Part shown: positions 19,592 through 29,884 of the stretch, one piece after another
Position numbering within the stretch: the stretch's first letter is position 1
Layout of the letters: each line of letters starts with the position of its first letter
Assembly (NCBI GenBank): GCA_022560655.1
Contig: JADFSS010000007.1
Span: 1 to 60,478, forward strand
DNA: 60,478 bases
Source of the DNA: Fidelibacterota bacterium
GTDB taxonomy: Bacteria; Fidelibacterota; Marinisomatia; SCGC-AAA003-L08; TS1B11
Direction: 5' to 3'
Made by a program: the position numbers and the translations under genes
Notes under the pieces: generated by a model
Told to the model about the DNA's origin: nothing
The model's input: the letters and a program-made list of their open reading frames with translations, nothing else
Databases searched by the model: none

Positions 19592-22054
19592 TCATGGCAG
19601 CAGGATCAGCGTGCCAGCGGCGTGCCGCTCCACTGCTCCACGGCTGAAGGCTGCGTCCCGGTACCGGCCGCTCATGAACAGCTCCGCCTGGTCGTCGTAG
19701 TGCCGGCTGAAGGGGTTGCCGCTCTGCCCGCTGGGCAGCACTACGCGCGAGCGGTCCAGGTCCCCCAAATCCATAATGAGGCGGAATGCCGGTCCGGCAG
19801 TCGCCTTAAAGGGACGCCCCAGGCTAAAAGACGAAGGGTTGACAGTGGAGGCCGCGCCGGGTGCAGGGAACGGTCCCACGTTCAGGCCCAACCACCGGTC
19901 GAGCCACTTGCCCACTGACCCCGCCTTCGCCAGATCATGGGTATGGCTCAGGGTGTGCAACCGACCCCAGCGCCAGCTGGCTACCCCGCCCCCCAGCTCG
20001 TCGGACAGCCGCTCCACGGCGGATACCAGTGCCCTGCGAATGATGTCGTCCCGGCCCTCTACTGCCGGGGTTCCTATGTCGTCAAACCAGGGGGAGTCGC
20101 CCTTCTTCAGAAGGTAGCTGATGCTGCGATAGGGCAGCAAGGCGCCCAGGTTTAGATAGTCGTTGTATGTCCGGTCCCCAATCCGGTCCATCTCGTCGCG
20201 GTAGACAGCAGCCACCAGTTCCACGAACCAGGCGTTGAAAATGGCCGTTGGCACCGAGGACGTGGACATGGAGTAGTCCCACCGGCGCAGGTGCGCCAGC
20301 GCATCCCTCACAGCGACCGGAACGGCCTCGCCGCCGCCTTCATTGAACGCGGCCAGCAGGAACGGCACCGTCTCCCGGGCATGTGCCGAGACCTGATCAT
20401 ACTGGATGGCCATCACGGAGCCAATGCTGTGCAGTTCATCGGCCGCCAGCAGCTCGGTAATACGCTCGATGCGCGCCGTCGGCGCCCAGTAGGCGCTGAT
20501 GTAATGGGGATAGGGCGCGCCGACGGTCTTGTTGTTGGCGGTGGCGATGTACCCCTCCGGCGGGTTGTAGCGAAACGGCAGTGCTTCGAAGGGCAGGTAG
20601 CCCTGCCAGTCCCACTCGCCCGTGGAGCCGGGCATCAGCAATTTGCCAGCTCCGGCGACCCGCCTGGGGAGCCGCACGAACGGCCGCCAGCCGATGTTGC
20701 CCTCACGGTCGGCATAGATCTTGTTCTGGCCGGGCAGGGCAAACAGCCTGGCCGCGGCGCTAAAGTCGTCCCAGTTGCGCGCCAGGTTCAGCCGGACATA
20801 GGCGCTGATTTCGTCGCTTACGTCCTGGCCCGTCCAGCGCATGGCAATGGGTCGCTCCCCGTTGCCCACCAGGCCGTGCTGTTCATTGATGATCACCCCG
20901 TGCACCGATTCGCGCACGGTGAATGTCACTGATTCACCGTCACGCACCTGAATGGTCTCCTGCCGCTCCTGGAAGGGCAACCAGCGGCCTTTGTAGCGGT
21001 AGCGCGAGGGGTCGTCCGGGTGGGGCTCCTCCTCATAGAAGTCGGCGTCGTCGGCCATCAGGTTGGTGGTGCCCCAGGCAATATGTTCGTTATGGCCCAG
21101 GATCACTACGGGTACCCCGGCGAAGCACAGACCCATTACATTGAAGCGTCCCCCTACCAAATGCATCTCGTACATCTTGGCCGGCTGGGTAAATCCCAGG
21201 TGGATGTCATTGGCCAGAATGGGCTGTCCGGTTTCGGTGCGGCTGCCTGCCAGCACCCAGTTGTTGCTGCCGCTGAAGCCTGTCCCGGCGCCCAGAATGC
21301 TGGTCACCGCCTGGCGCCCGGACAATAGCGGCTCAAGCTGGCTCGCGAACGACATGACCCCCGGCGGCACGACAAACGGTTTGTCGTTGGGGTAGGCCGG
21401 AAATACGTCCCGGACCAGCTCTTCACCCAGCGCATCCACCAATTGGCCGATGAGCAGCTCCAGATACCACGACTGGTGCAGTTCGTGGGCCATTAGCCGG
21501 GTAAAGCCTGCCACAACCGCTGGGTCCCACTCCAGCGGCTCGTGGCCTACCAGCTGGAACTCCAGCGGCAGCCGGTCCCGGTGCGTGCGGATGAAGTCGT
21601 TGATGCCCTGGCAAGACCACATCAAAAGCTGCCTGGTTTCCGGGTCCATGGCAGCGGCGATACGCCGGCCGATGCGGTGGAAGCCCCACATGCGCAGGTA
21701 GCGATCGGCCGCAACCAGACTGGCGTCCATTTCTGCCAGCCGTCCCTGGACCGCTCGGTTGAACATGTCCATCTGAAACAGGCGCTCGGCAGCCATGAGA
21801 TAGCCGCCGGCGTAGAAGAGGTCGTGCTCGTTTTCGGCATAAACGTGGGGCACGGCATAGTCGTCAAAAATTACTTCCACCGGTGCCTTCAGGGCCGATA
21901 GCGTGAGGCGCCCCTCTGTGGGCAGAGCTGGCACGCGGAAGTAAATATTAGGAAAGAAGACGATGAGCAGCACGATCAGCACAAATGCGGCTACCAACCA
22001 TTTAAGGAAAATCCCCATCGTATACTCCGCAAATTTGTGCGCTGAAATCGGCAT
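19592..22054 (-). CDS. Penicillin acylase/amidase family (Ntn hydrolase, S45) protein
   Basis: 820 aa with an N-terminal transmembrane/signal segment and S45-family conserved blocks (GSNNWVLAGSRTETG..., ANDIHLG, AWGTTN). An alternative start is ATG 22018. Confidence 0.85.
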   Translation of the reverse strand: MPISAHKFAEYTMGIFLKWLVAAFVLIVLLIVFFPNIYFRVPALPTEGRLTLSALKAPVEVIFDDYAVPHVYAENEHDLFYAGGYLMAAERLFQMDMFNRAVQGRLAEMDASLVAADRYLRMWGFHRIGRRIAAAMDPETRQLLMWSCQGINDFIRTHRDRLPLEFQLVGHEPLEWDPAVVAGFTRLMAHELHQSWYLELLIGQLVDALGEELVRDVFPAYPNDKPFVVPPGVMSFASQLEPLLSGRQAVTSILGAGTGFSGSNNWVLAGSRTETGQPILANDIHLGFTQPAKMYEMHLVGGRFNVMGLCFAGVPVVILGHNEHIAWGTTNLMADDADFYEEEPHPDDPSRYRYKGRWLPFQERQETIQVRDGESVTFTVRESVHGVIINEQHGLVGNGERPIAMRWTGQDVSDEISAYVRLNLARNWDDFSAAARLFALPGQNKIYADREGNIGWRPFVRLPRRVAGAGKLLMPGSTGEWDWQGYLPFEALPFRYNPPEGYIATANNKTVGAPYPHYISAYWAPTARIERITELLAADELHSIGSVMAIQYDQVSAHARETVPFLLAAFNEGGGEAVPVAVRDALAHLRRWDYSMSTSSVPTAIFNAWFVELVAAVYRDEMDRIGDRTYNDYLNLGALLPYRSISYLLKKGDSPWFDDIGTPAVEGRDDIIRRALVSAVERLSDELGGGVASWRWGRLHTLSHTHDLAKAGSVGKWLDRWLGLNVGPFPAPGAASTVNPSSFSLGRPFKATAGPAFRLIMDLGDLDRSRVVLPSGQSGNPFSRHYDDQAELFMSGRYRDAAFSRGAVERHAAGTLILLP

Positions 22055-22265
22055 TCCGCCGCTCTGTCCAAAGATCGCTGGTACCCCTGGAAATGCAAGG
22101 GAAGTTAGGCGTCTCTCATGAGAGTGCGCAAGGTGCAGCAGTGCCGCAGGAAAACAGGCTGTTGGCGCACTTTCGCGCCCTACGGCGGGGTATTAGCTTT
22201 GTCACTCTGGACCGGTGGGGTACCGGCGGGAAGATACGAAATTTCTTAACCAGGGAGGCTCCCCT

Positions 22266-22696
22266 ATGACGGAGGTTCAAGTCAGACGCCTGGAGGGCGG
22301 CACATTTGTGGGCATCGGACCCAGCAACCACTGGGTGGTGATGGACACCGCCGAGGATGAGGCGGGACACAACGGCGGCCCCAGGCCTATGGAGCTGGTG
22401 CTCATGGCCCTGGGCAGCTGCTCCGGTATCGATGTTGAGCTCATGTTGCGCAAAATGCGGGTCCCTCTCCAAGACTTCCGCATCGAAATCTCTGGCAAAC
22501 GGGCCGAGGAACATCCCAGGGTCTATACCAGCATCAAGGTGGCCTACCACTTCTGGGGCCACCGACTGCCCAAGCCAAAACTGGAGCGGGCCGTGGCCAT
22601 CTCACAGGGACCTACTGCTCCGTCACTAACATGCTCAACAAGGTGGTGGATATGACCACTGAGGTCGTGGCTCATGAGGTGGCGCCCTCCAAGTAG
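22266..22696 (+). pseudogene. OsmC/YhfA-family gene interrupted by a -1 frameshift near 22608-22613
   Basis: Frame 1 matches YhfA up to ...LERAVAISQG. The conserved continuation (T)YCSVTNMLNKVVDMTTEVVAHEVAPSK* is encoded in the -1 frame through TAG 22694-22696. GGGAGG Shine-Dalgarno lies upstream of ATG 22266. Confidence 0.6.
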
Positions 22697-22713
22697 CCAC
22701 CGGGCGGTCCGCA

Positions 22714-22995
22714 TTAATCCTCAGCGATGTCCTCCAGCATGAGCTCAACGCCCCCGACCCGCTGTGCGGCCCAGTTGTAGACCCAGGCGAATAGAGCGGC
22801 GGAGACGTACCCGCTGATGGGAAATATGACCAGGATCACGATGGCAATACCCAACGATGCGCCCAGACCCGCGCCTTTTGCCCCCAACGAGATCAAGGTA
22901 AAACCGGCCGCGTACAAGACACCGAGCCACAGAAAGGTCAGCGCCAGCACCTTGCCGGTCTGGTGGGGTGTGATGCGCGCGATTCTCTTCAACAT
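22714..22995 (-). CDS. Small membrane protein (93 aa, two transmembrane segments)
   Basis: ATG ORF with two hydrophobic helices, downstream of the USP gene. Confidence 0.4.
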   Translation of the reverse strand: MLKRIARITPHQTGKVLALTFLWLGVLYAAGFTLISLGAKGAGLGASLGIAIVILVIFPISGYVSAALFAWVYNWAAQRVGGVELMLEDIAED

Positions 22996-23077
22996 CGGTC
23001 ACCTCCTGCGCTGTGGCACTCAACCAAATATCGCTTCGCTAGTAGGGCCTCCCAAAGTCAACCCCGGATTGTGCCCG

Positions 23078-23953
23078 CTACTTCACCAGGATCACCGGAC
23101 CGTGCGCCTTGAGCACCGTCTCAGCCGGTTTGGTGCTCACCAGCCACGCCTTCAGCGGATTCATCTTGGATTTCCCCATGATGATAATATGATCGCTACC
23201 TGCCGTTTCAGCGATCACCGCGGGCGGATCACCCGTTATTAAGAGCTGCTCGTGGGGAATACTCTGGCGCTTGAGATAGCGCTGGGCCCACCGGGAGGCT
23301 CCCCGGTAGCCCTCCCCAAACCGCTCGTTCTTACTCACCGTAAGTAGGTCTACACGGGTCTTGAAATGCTTGGCCACGGTAGCGGCAAATACGACCGCCC
23401 GCTTGGTGGCGCGCGAGTCGTCCACGCACAGCAGGATCTTGTAGTTCCAACCAGGGTCGAAATTCTTCACGAACATGATGCTGGTGTCCACAAACTGCAC
23501 CAGCTGACGTGTCAGGCGCTTTCGGCTGCCCCCGCCCACGATGGTGAGAATATAGTCGCGATATTCAGTCTCCAGCTTCAGCTGGTCCACCGGGTCGCCC
23601 TCGCGGAAGATCAGCCGGATCTTTTCGCCGTGCACGCTCGGCACAATCACCCGGATGCGGTCGGCATCCTCTACCAGATTGGTGGGGTCAAAGCTGACCA
23701 CCGACGGATCGATGAAGTTCCGCTCCTGCAGGCGGCGATAGGCCCACCGCAGTACCTCCACCCCGGGATGAGGAATATCCCAGTTCATCAGGGCATCACC
23801 GGCCAGCCGCACGCTTCCTGAAAGCAGCTCCTTGGGCTTGTCCCCTGCGTAGACCACTGACAGGTCAGCGGAAAAGGCGTCGGCGATGGTGCTGCCAATG
23901 TCCAGCGTAGGCTGGGAATAGGTGCTGCTGCGGACCGCTACCAGGAACCGCAC
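23078..23953 (-). CDS. Tandem-domain universal stress protein (UspA family)
   Basis: Two USP domains, each ending in a G-x2-G-x9-G(S/T)-like motif (IVGGGSRKR... and IIIMGKSKMNP...VSTKPAETVLKAHGPVILVK). Confidence 0.75.
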   Translation of the reverse strand: MRFLVAVRSSTYSQPTLDIGSTIADAFSADLSVVYAGDKPKELLSGSVRLAGDALMNWDIPHPGVEVLRWAYRRLQERNFIDPSVVSFDPTNLVEDADRIRVIVPSVHGEKIRLIFREGDPVDQLKLETEYRDYILTIVGGGSRKRLTRQLVQFVDTSIMFVKNFDPGWNYKILLCVDDSRATKRAVVFAATVAKHFKTRVDLLTVSKNERFGEGYRGASRWAQRYLKRQSIPHEQLLITGDPPAVIAETAGSDHIIIMGKSKMNPLKAWLVSTKPAETVLKAHGPVILVK

Positions 23954-23988
23954 GGCAGAGTCTCGTTATGCGAGGGATGCATCGGGTA

Positions 23989-25383
23989 TCATAGAATATG
24001 GGGCCAATAAAACAGCAGTGCCAGCATTAAAACGGTGAACGAGGCCAGTCCCAAGCGCCAGCCCGCCCTCATGAAGTCACGCGGTCGCAGCAGACCGGTG
24101 GAAGCGATGATCATCCCTGCCGGGGCGCCAACGGCGGTAAAATAGCCGAAGGCCGAGGACACCGCGGTGGCCATGCCGAGCAGTAGCGGGTCACCACTGA
24201 AATTCATGAACACGGGCCCCAACACCGCCACCGTGGCGCTGGAACTCATGATATTGGCCAGCGTGGCGGTAATCCCGATCACCAGCCCATATTGCACCGG
24301 GGCATACTGATCCAGCACACCCCCCGTTGCAGAGAGCAGGTGCTGGGCCATCCACATGGCAGCACCGGTGTTCTTCAGCTGCACCCCGAGCGAGATGGCC
24401 GCTGCAAATAGCAACACCACCCCCCAGTTCGTGCGCTGATTGATCTCCTGCCACTGCACCAACCCGGTGGCAAGGTAGAGAAACACTCCCGCCAGCGCCA
24501 CCACCCCCAGGCCGATGCGGTCGCTTAGGAATATCCACGCCAGAAAAATGATCACGAAGATGACGATGGTGAGGATCTGCTGCCCCGTAAGGGGTCCCGC
24601 CTCCCGCACTTTGGCTTTCAGCTTCTCAACGGCGCCGTCCAGCCGGTCATGCTCCGGCTTGAAGGTCCGCGACAACAGCCACCCCGCCACCGGTATCTGC
24701 ACCAGGAGCAGCGGGTAGGTGAACATCATCCAGCGGAGGTAGGACATCTTCGCCACGCCGAATTCCGCGAGGTAGTTGATCATGATGGCATTGCGCGCCC
24801 CGCCCGATGGGGTACCAATGGAGCCGATAATGCTGCCATACGCCAAGGAAAACAGCAGCAATCGTGTCAGGCCCGGCACCTCGTTGGGATCATCGGACGT
24901 GTTGCGGATTAGGATCAGGACTACGGGCAGCAGCATCGCTGCCACGGTGTGCTCACCTATGAATGAGGTGAGCAATACCGCGATGATGAAAATACCCCAC
25001 ATGATGGCCCGAACACTGGAGCCGGTCACGGAGAGGATGGCCAGGATCAGGCGGGCGTCCAGCCCTTGGCGCACGATGGCCACCGCCAGCATCAGCGAGC
25101 CCATGATGAAAAACACCGCGTCGCTCATGTACGACTGCGCCACCTCCGTGGGATCGGCGATGGCGAAGCTCACTTGCAACACGGCGATGAGCAGAGCAAT
25201 GGCCGGCAGCGGTACGGCCTCGCTGATGATAAGGATGATGACCACCAGCGTGAGGATCAACGTGCGGTAGCCGTCGTTGGATATGCCCGCCGGGTAGGGC
25301 AGCCGATACAACACCGATCCTAGGACAATGGCAAACAGCAGCCACCGTTTCTGGTATGTCCAGTATAATACTGCTCTCAGCAT
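23989..25383 (-). CDS. SLC13/DASS-family anion:cation symporter (ArsB/NhaD permease superfamily)
   Basis: 464 aa and highly hydrophobic, with an inverted-repeat topology and a central hydrophilic loop. DASS-like hairpin motifs (SSATVAVLGP, GIGTPSGGARNAIM). Confidence 0.75.
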   Translation of the reverse strand: MLRAVLYWTYQKRWLLFAIVLGSVLYRLPYPAGISNDGYRTLILTLVVIILIISEAVPLPAIALLIAVLQVSFAIADPTEVAQSYMSDAVFFIMGSLMLAVAIVRQGLDARLILAILSVTGSSVRAIMWGIFIIAVLLTSFIGEHTVAAMLLPVVLILIRNTSDDPNEVPGLTRLLLFSLAYGSIIGSIGTPSGGARNAIMINYLAEFGVAKMSYLRWMMFTYPLLLVQIPVAGWLLSRTFKPEHDRLDGAVEKLKAKVREAGPLTGQQILTIVIFVIIFLAWIFLSDRIGLGVVALAGVFLYLATGLVQWQEINQRTNWGVVLLFAAAISLGVQLKNTGAAMWMAQHLLSATGGVLDQYAPVQYGLVIGITATLANIMSSSATVAVLGPVFMNFSGDPLLLGMATAVSSAFGYFTAVGAPAGMIIASTGLLRPRDFMRAGWRLGLASFTVLMLALLFYWPHIL

Positions 25384-25491
25384 CGCTGATCAGTGATGGG
25401 GCGGCATCTCGGGCACCGGCACAAACTTAGCACTGATGACCGGCCCAGGCTGCAACTGGTTTGTGCAGCGGCGCCGGTGGTGGCCAGCACC

Positions 25492-27762
25492 TCAGTTCAG
25501 AAATATATCGTCAGAGGGGTCATACGGCCGGGTGTTCACGCCGGTATGAATCTGGCACGCGTCGGGGGGTGTGGTGCCCTCAAGAAAAATCTCCTTCTCC
25601 CGGGGGCAATATTTGGTGGGGCGGTCTTTGGTAGCCCGGCAAATCTCCATCACCACCACCCCATCGGGCATGGACCAGTCGGTTACCTTCATGTCAAATA
25701 CCTGGTAAATTTCCTTCATGATGCCCGCCCAGATAGGCAGCGCCACCACGTTGCCGTAGCGCTTCTTCCCCAGGCTCACCCGCGGGTCGTCCACCCCCAC
25801 CCACACACCGGCGGAAAGTCGCGGGGTGAAGCCGATGAACCAGGCGTCGGTCCAATTATCTGTGGTGCCGGTTTTCCCGGCGGTAGGGTGATAAAAATTG
25901 TACTTCCACCGCAAGCTCCCCCCAGTTCCGCCATCTATGACCCCTCTCATCAGATCAAGCAGAATATAGGCCTTGTCGGCATCGATCACTTCCTTGTGTT
26001 CAGGTATGAATTCCCGTATGGTCTTGCCCCGCCGGTCCACCACCCGGGTGATGGCCGTGGGTTCCACCCATACGCCGCCGTTGGCGATGGCCGCATAGGC
26101 CGCCGTGATGTCGATGGGCAGTACCTCGCTGGTACCCAGGGATATGGCTCGCACCGCCCGTAGGGGCGTACTGATTTCAAAGCGCTTGGCCATGGTCACC
26201 ACCTGAAGCGGCGTCACTAGTTCCTGGATGATGCGCGCGGATACAATATTCAGCGAGCGCTGCAGCCCCTGCCGTAGGGTTACCAGTCCGCTGGAGGAGC
26301 GGTCATCGTTCTGCGGATTCCAGACGCTGGTATCGATCTGCGCGTCGCCCGTGCTGGCCAGCGACTGGTTCAGTAGTTGCAGCGAGACCGGGTAGCCCTT
26401 GTCGATGGCCGTCATATAGAGCAGCGGCTTAAAGGTGGATCCGGGCTGGCGCCTCGCCTGTGTGGCCCGGTTGAAGAAATCGGGGTAGTCCATGCGGCCC
26501 CCCACCATGGCCAGGATATGGCCGGTATCATTTTCCAGCAAGATCACAGCACCCTGAACCAAGAGCCGGTCCTTCAGGCGATCATCAATCGGAATCTCGC
26601 CACGCACCATGGCCTTCACCGTATCAAGAGGAAAAATGGTGGTGTCTACGATGGCCGAAATAAGCGAATCGGACCCCAGAAAGTTCTTGTTCAGCACCGC
26701 TTGGTTGACTTGAATCTCCTCCATAAACACGCGCTCGGTAATCTCCTGCATGCGCGAATCCAGGGTCGTATGGATGTCCAGCCCGTCCCGATACAAGTTG
26801 ATGCCTAGCCGTTCGTCTTCGATTTCCATTTTTTTCCGCACGTTCTCGGTGAAATAGGGCGCGAATCCCACGGCAGAGCCAGTAGGTCCCATCTCTATAG
26901 GCTTGTAGCGCAGCCGCTCATACTCTTCCGGCTCAATGAACCCGTTTTCAACCATAGCATTCAGTACGATGTTCCTGCGCCAGAAATTCCGGGCGGGATG
27001 GTTGATGGGACTATAGCTGGCCGGCGATGGCAGAACCCCCACCAACATGGCGATCTGCTCTAAACTCAATTCGCGGGCGTCCACCCTGAAATACTTCCGC
27101 GCCGCCGCCTGAATTCCGTAGGTCCCATGCCCGAAATGGATGGAGTTCAGGTACATCTCCAGGATCTCCTGCTTGGTGTAGGTACGCTCGATCTGGATGG
27201 CAGTGATCACCTCCTTGAGCTTGCGGGTAATGGTCTTGCGAAAACCGATGGTGTCATACAGGTTGCGGGCTAGTTGCTGGGTAAGGGAGCTGAATCCTTC
27301 CTGGTAACTCATGTTGGCCACGTTCACTACCAGCGCCCGCGCAAAGTCCCGGGTGCTCATGCCCCAGTGATCGTAAAAGCGTTTATCCTCCATGGCCAAC
27401 AGGGCATACTGCAGGTCCAGCGGCATCTCATCTCGGCTGATCAGCACCCGCTGCTCGGTGAACAGCTCGGTGATTACCTTTCCGTCCCGGGAGATAATTT
27501 TGGTGGCCACCGCCGGACTGAAGTCCTGCAACTGCCGGAGGGAGGGCAGTCCGCTGGATAAGACCGCCATGTATAGCGTCCCCCCGGTCATCGCTAATGC
27601 CAGCGTCACAAAAGCGTTGCGGAAGGCCCGCCGCCAGCCGGAACCCAGCCAGTGGGGCAGGGAAACCCGCGGCCCGCCGTTCCTGCTGCCCGATTGCAGC
27701 TCGCCAACCGCAAGATCGGATTCCAGGGTCTGGACCGGTTCGCTGGTGGAGGAAATGCGCAT
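25492..27762 (-). CDS. Class A penicillin-binding protein (PBP1A, transglycosylase plus transpeptidase)
   Basis: N-terminal transmembrane helix, a GT51 domain (EDKRFYDHWG, RNLY...), and transpeptidase motifs STFK, SxN (SLN) and KTGT. Confidence 0.85.
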   Translation of the reverse strand: MRISSTSEPVQTLESDLAVGELQSGSRNGGPRVSLPHWLGSGWRRAFRNAFVTLALAMTGGTLYMAVLSSGLPSLRQLQDFSPAVATKIISRDGKVITELFTEQRVLISRDEMPLDLQYALLAMEDKRFYDHWGMSTRDFARALVVNVANMSYQEGFSSLTQQLARNLYDTIGFRKTITRKLKEVITAIQIERTYTKQEILEMYLNSIHFGHGTYGIQAAARKYFRVDARELSLEQIAMLVGVLPSPASYSPINHPARNFWRRNIVLNAMVENGFIEPEEYERLRYKPIEMGPTGSAVGFAPYFTENVRKKMEIEDERLGINLYRDGLDIHTTLDSRMQEITERVFMEEIQVNQAVLNKNFLGSDSLISAIVDTTIFPLDTVKAMVRGEIPIDDRLKDRLLVQGAVILLENDTGHILAMVGGRMDYPDFFNRATQARRQPGSTFKPLLYMTAIDKGYPVSLQLLNQSLASTGDAQIDTSVWNPQNDDRSSSGLVTLRQGLQRSLNIVSARIIQELVTPLQVVTMAKRFEISTPLRAVRAISLGTSEVLPIDITAAYAAIANGGVWVEPTAITRVVDRRGKTIREFIPEHKEVIDADKAYILLDLMRGVIDGGTGGSLRWKYNFYHPTAGKTGTTDNWTDAWFIGFTPRLSAGVWVGVDDPRVSLGKKRYGNVVALPIWAGIMKEIYQVFDMKVTDWSMPDGVVVMEICRATKDRPTKYCPREKEIFLEGTTPPDACQIHTGVNTRPYDPSDDIFLN

Positions 27763-27829
27763 GGTGAATTACCTGTCGAAAGCTACGCGCGTAGCCCCAT
27801 AATGTTCAACGCTGTTCCGACACGGGGGC

Positions 27830-29221
27830 CTAACCCGAGGGCTCGGTCATGCTCATCGGATCCAGCAAGCGGCTGAGCTCCTCCTCGGAGAGTATCTCCT
27901 TGGCCAGCGCCACCTGACGTACTGTCTGCCCAGTGGCATATGCCTCCTTGGCGATGGCGGCGGCGGCATCGTAGCCGATGACCGGCGCCAGCGACGTGCT
28001 CATGGCCAGGCTCCCCTCAATGGTGTCGGCACACCGCTGCTCATCGGCTTCCAGCCCCTCCACCAGCCGCTCACGGAACATGTTCACCGCACCTGCCAGG
28101 AATTCGATGCTCTCCAGCAGGTTGCGGGCCACCAGGGGCATCATCAGGTTGAGCTCGAAAACCCCACCCAGACCCCCCTGTGTCACGGCTGCGTCGTTAC
28201 CGATGACTTGCGCACAGGTCTGGATAAGGGACTCGCAGATGACAGGATTGACCTTGCCGGGCATGATGCTGGAGCCGGGCTGTACAGCCGGCAAGCGCAG
28301 CTCGCCCAGGCCCGCCCGGGGACCGGACCCCAGCCAGCGGATGTCATTTGCAATCTTGCTCAAGCTCACCGCCACCGATTTCAGCGCCCCGGACACCTCC
28401 ACGGCGCTGTCCACGGTAGCCTGGGCCTCAAAGTGGTTGGGCGCCTCCGCGAATTTCAGCCCCGTAAGCCTGGAGAGCTCCTTAGCCATGCGCCCGCCGA
28501 ACTCCACGTGGGTGTTCAGGCCAGTGCCCACCGCGGTGCCGCCAATGGCCAGACGGCTCAGCGACTCCCGTGCATGGTTCAGGCGTTCAATGCCGTTCGC
28601 TACCTGGGCTGCGTAGCCGGAAAACTCCTGCCCGAGACGGATGGGGGTTGCATCCTGTAAATGGGTGCGGCCGATCTTCAGGATGCCATCAAAGTCCCGG
28701 GCCTTCTTGTCCAGGGCCTGCTGCAGGGACTCCAGGGCTGGAAGCAATTCGTTGGCCAGGGCCAGCGCCGCCGCCACGTGGATCGCCGAGGGGATGACGT
28801 CATTGCTGGACTGTCCTTTGTTCACATGGTCGTTGGGATGCACCGGCTTTCGGGTCCCGATTTGCCCCCCCATGAGCTCGCTGGCGCGATTGCCGATGAC
28901 CTCGTTGGCATTCATGTTGCTGGAAGTACCTGATCCGGTTTGGTATACATCGATGGGGAACTGGTCGTCCAGCTTGCCGTCGGCCACTTCCCGGGCTGCC
29001 TCCTGGATTGCCGCGGCACGCTCCTTGTCCAGCAAGCCCAGATCCAGGTTCACCTTGGCGGCGGCCTGCTTGATCATGCCCAGTGCCCACACCAGCCTGG
29101 CGGGAATGGGGCGACCACTGACGGTGAAGTTCTCTACAGCCCGCTGGGTCTGAGCGCCAAAATAAGCCGTGTCGGGGACCCGCATTTCGCCCATTGAATC
29201 GCGTTCAACTCGAGTTTCCAT
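27830..29221 (-). CDS. fumC: Class II fumarate hydratase
   Basis: Signature GSSIMPGKVNP and full-length conservation typical of FumC. Confidence 0.9.
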   Translation of the reverse strand: METRVERDSMGEMRVPDTAYFGAQTQRAVENFTVSGRPIPARLVWALGMIKQAAAKVNLDLGLLDKERAAAIQEAAREVADGKLDDQFPIDVYQTGSGTSSNMNANEVIGNRASELMGGQIGTRKPVHPNDHVNKGQSSNDVIPSAIHVAAALALANELLPALESLQQALDKKARDFDGILKIGRTHLQDATPIRLGQEFSGYAAQVANGIERLNHARESLSRLAIGGTAVGTGLNTHVEFGGRMAKELSRLTGLKFAEAPNHFEAQATVDSAVEVSGALKSVAVSLSKIANDIRWLGSGPRAGLGELRLPAVQPGSSIMPGKVNPVICESLIQTCAQVIGNDAAVTQGGLGGVFELNLMMPLVARNLLESIEFLAGAVNMFRERLVEGLEADEQRCADTIEGSLAMSTSLAPVIGYDAAAAIAKEAYATGQTVRQVALAKEILSEEELSRLLDPMSMTEPSG

Positions 29222-29322
29222 GATGGTCGATCCTTCCGAGGGGGTCTTTGGGCCAGGGAAAGGGAACTCTCACGCGGATCGAGCCTGCCCTCGACCTGCC
29301 TGCGCTTGGCTGTGGGTGGGTG

Positions 29323-29853
29323 TCAGCCGCCTTCCCGATGATCAATTCGGCGCACCGGACGCGGCGGTAAATTCAGGATTTCCTTCTGATAGTAGGCCGC
29401 CAAATGGTTGACGATATCCCTGATTGAGACGAACGCCGCCGGCTTGTGGTTGGCGTCCACCACGGGGATGTGGCGGTAGCCCTGCTCAAACATGCGGTTG
29501 AGAGCAAAGGCGATAGGGTCCTCCGGCCGGAGAGTATCGGGGTCGCCGGTCATATGCTCGCCCACGGTGGTTTTCCCGTGATCAAAGCCCTTGCCCACCA
29601 CCCGGCGAATGACGTCCCGCTCGGTGAAGATGCCCACCAGGCGACCGCCTTCCTCGATCAACAGGCAGCCCACGTTGTTCTTGTCCATCAATTGGATCGC
29701 CTCCCGCAGCGTGGTGGAGGGCTTGACCACCGTCAGCGGCTGAAGCGACAGGGTACTGATTGAATCATCTAGATGTACGGCCTCCACCAGTGTAGGGGCT
29801 TCTACCTCACGTTCATCCATCTGTTGAAATTCATCGTCCAATTCTTCGTACAT
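29323..29853 (-). CDS. CBS-pair domain protein
   Basis: Two CBS motifs (LREAIQLMDKNNVGCLLI and ALNRMFEQGYRHIPVVD). Start ATG 29853 is preceded by GGAG; the longer tracked ORF overlaps korB. Confidence 0.65.
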   Translation of the reverse strand: MYEELDDEFQQMDEREVEAPTLVEAVHLDDSISTLSLQPLTVVKPSTTLREAIQLMDKNNVGCLLIEEGGRLVGIFTERDVIRRVVGKGFDHGKTTVGEHMTGDPDTLRPEDPIAFALNRMFEQGYRHIPVVDANHKPAAFVSIRDIVNHLAAYYQKEILNLPPRPVRRIDHREGG

Positions 29854-29884
29854 CCCTCGACTCCCCGTCTTTGCTTTGTCGATA

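Noticed and set aside
22163-22176. Sigma54-like TGGCGC-N5-TTCGC upstream of the OsmC-like gene
   Set aside because: The GG-to-GC spacing is off by one, and the -12 element is CGC instead of TGC. The match is poor.
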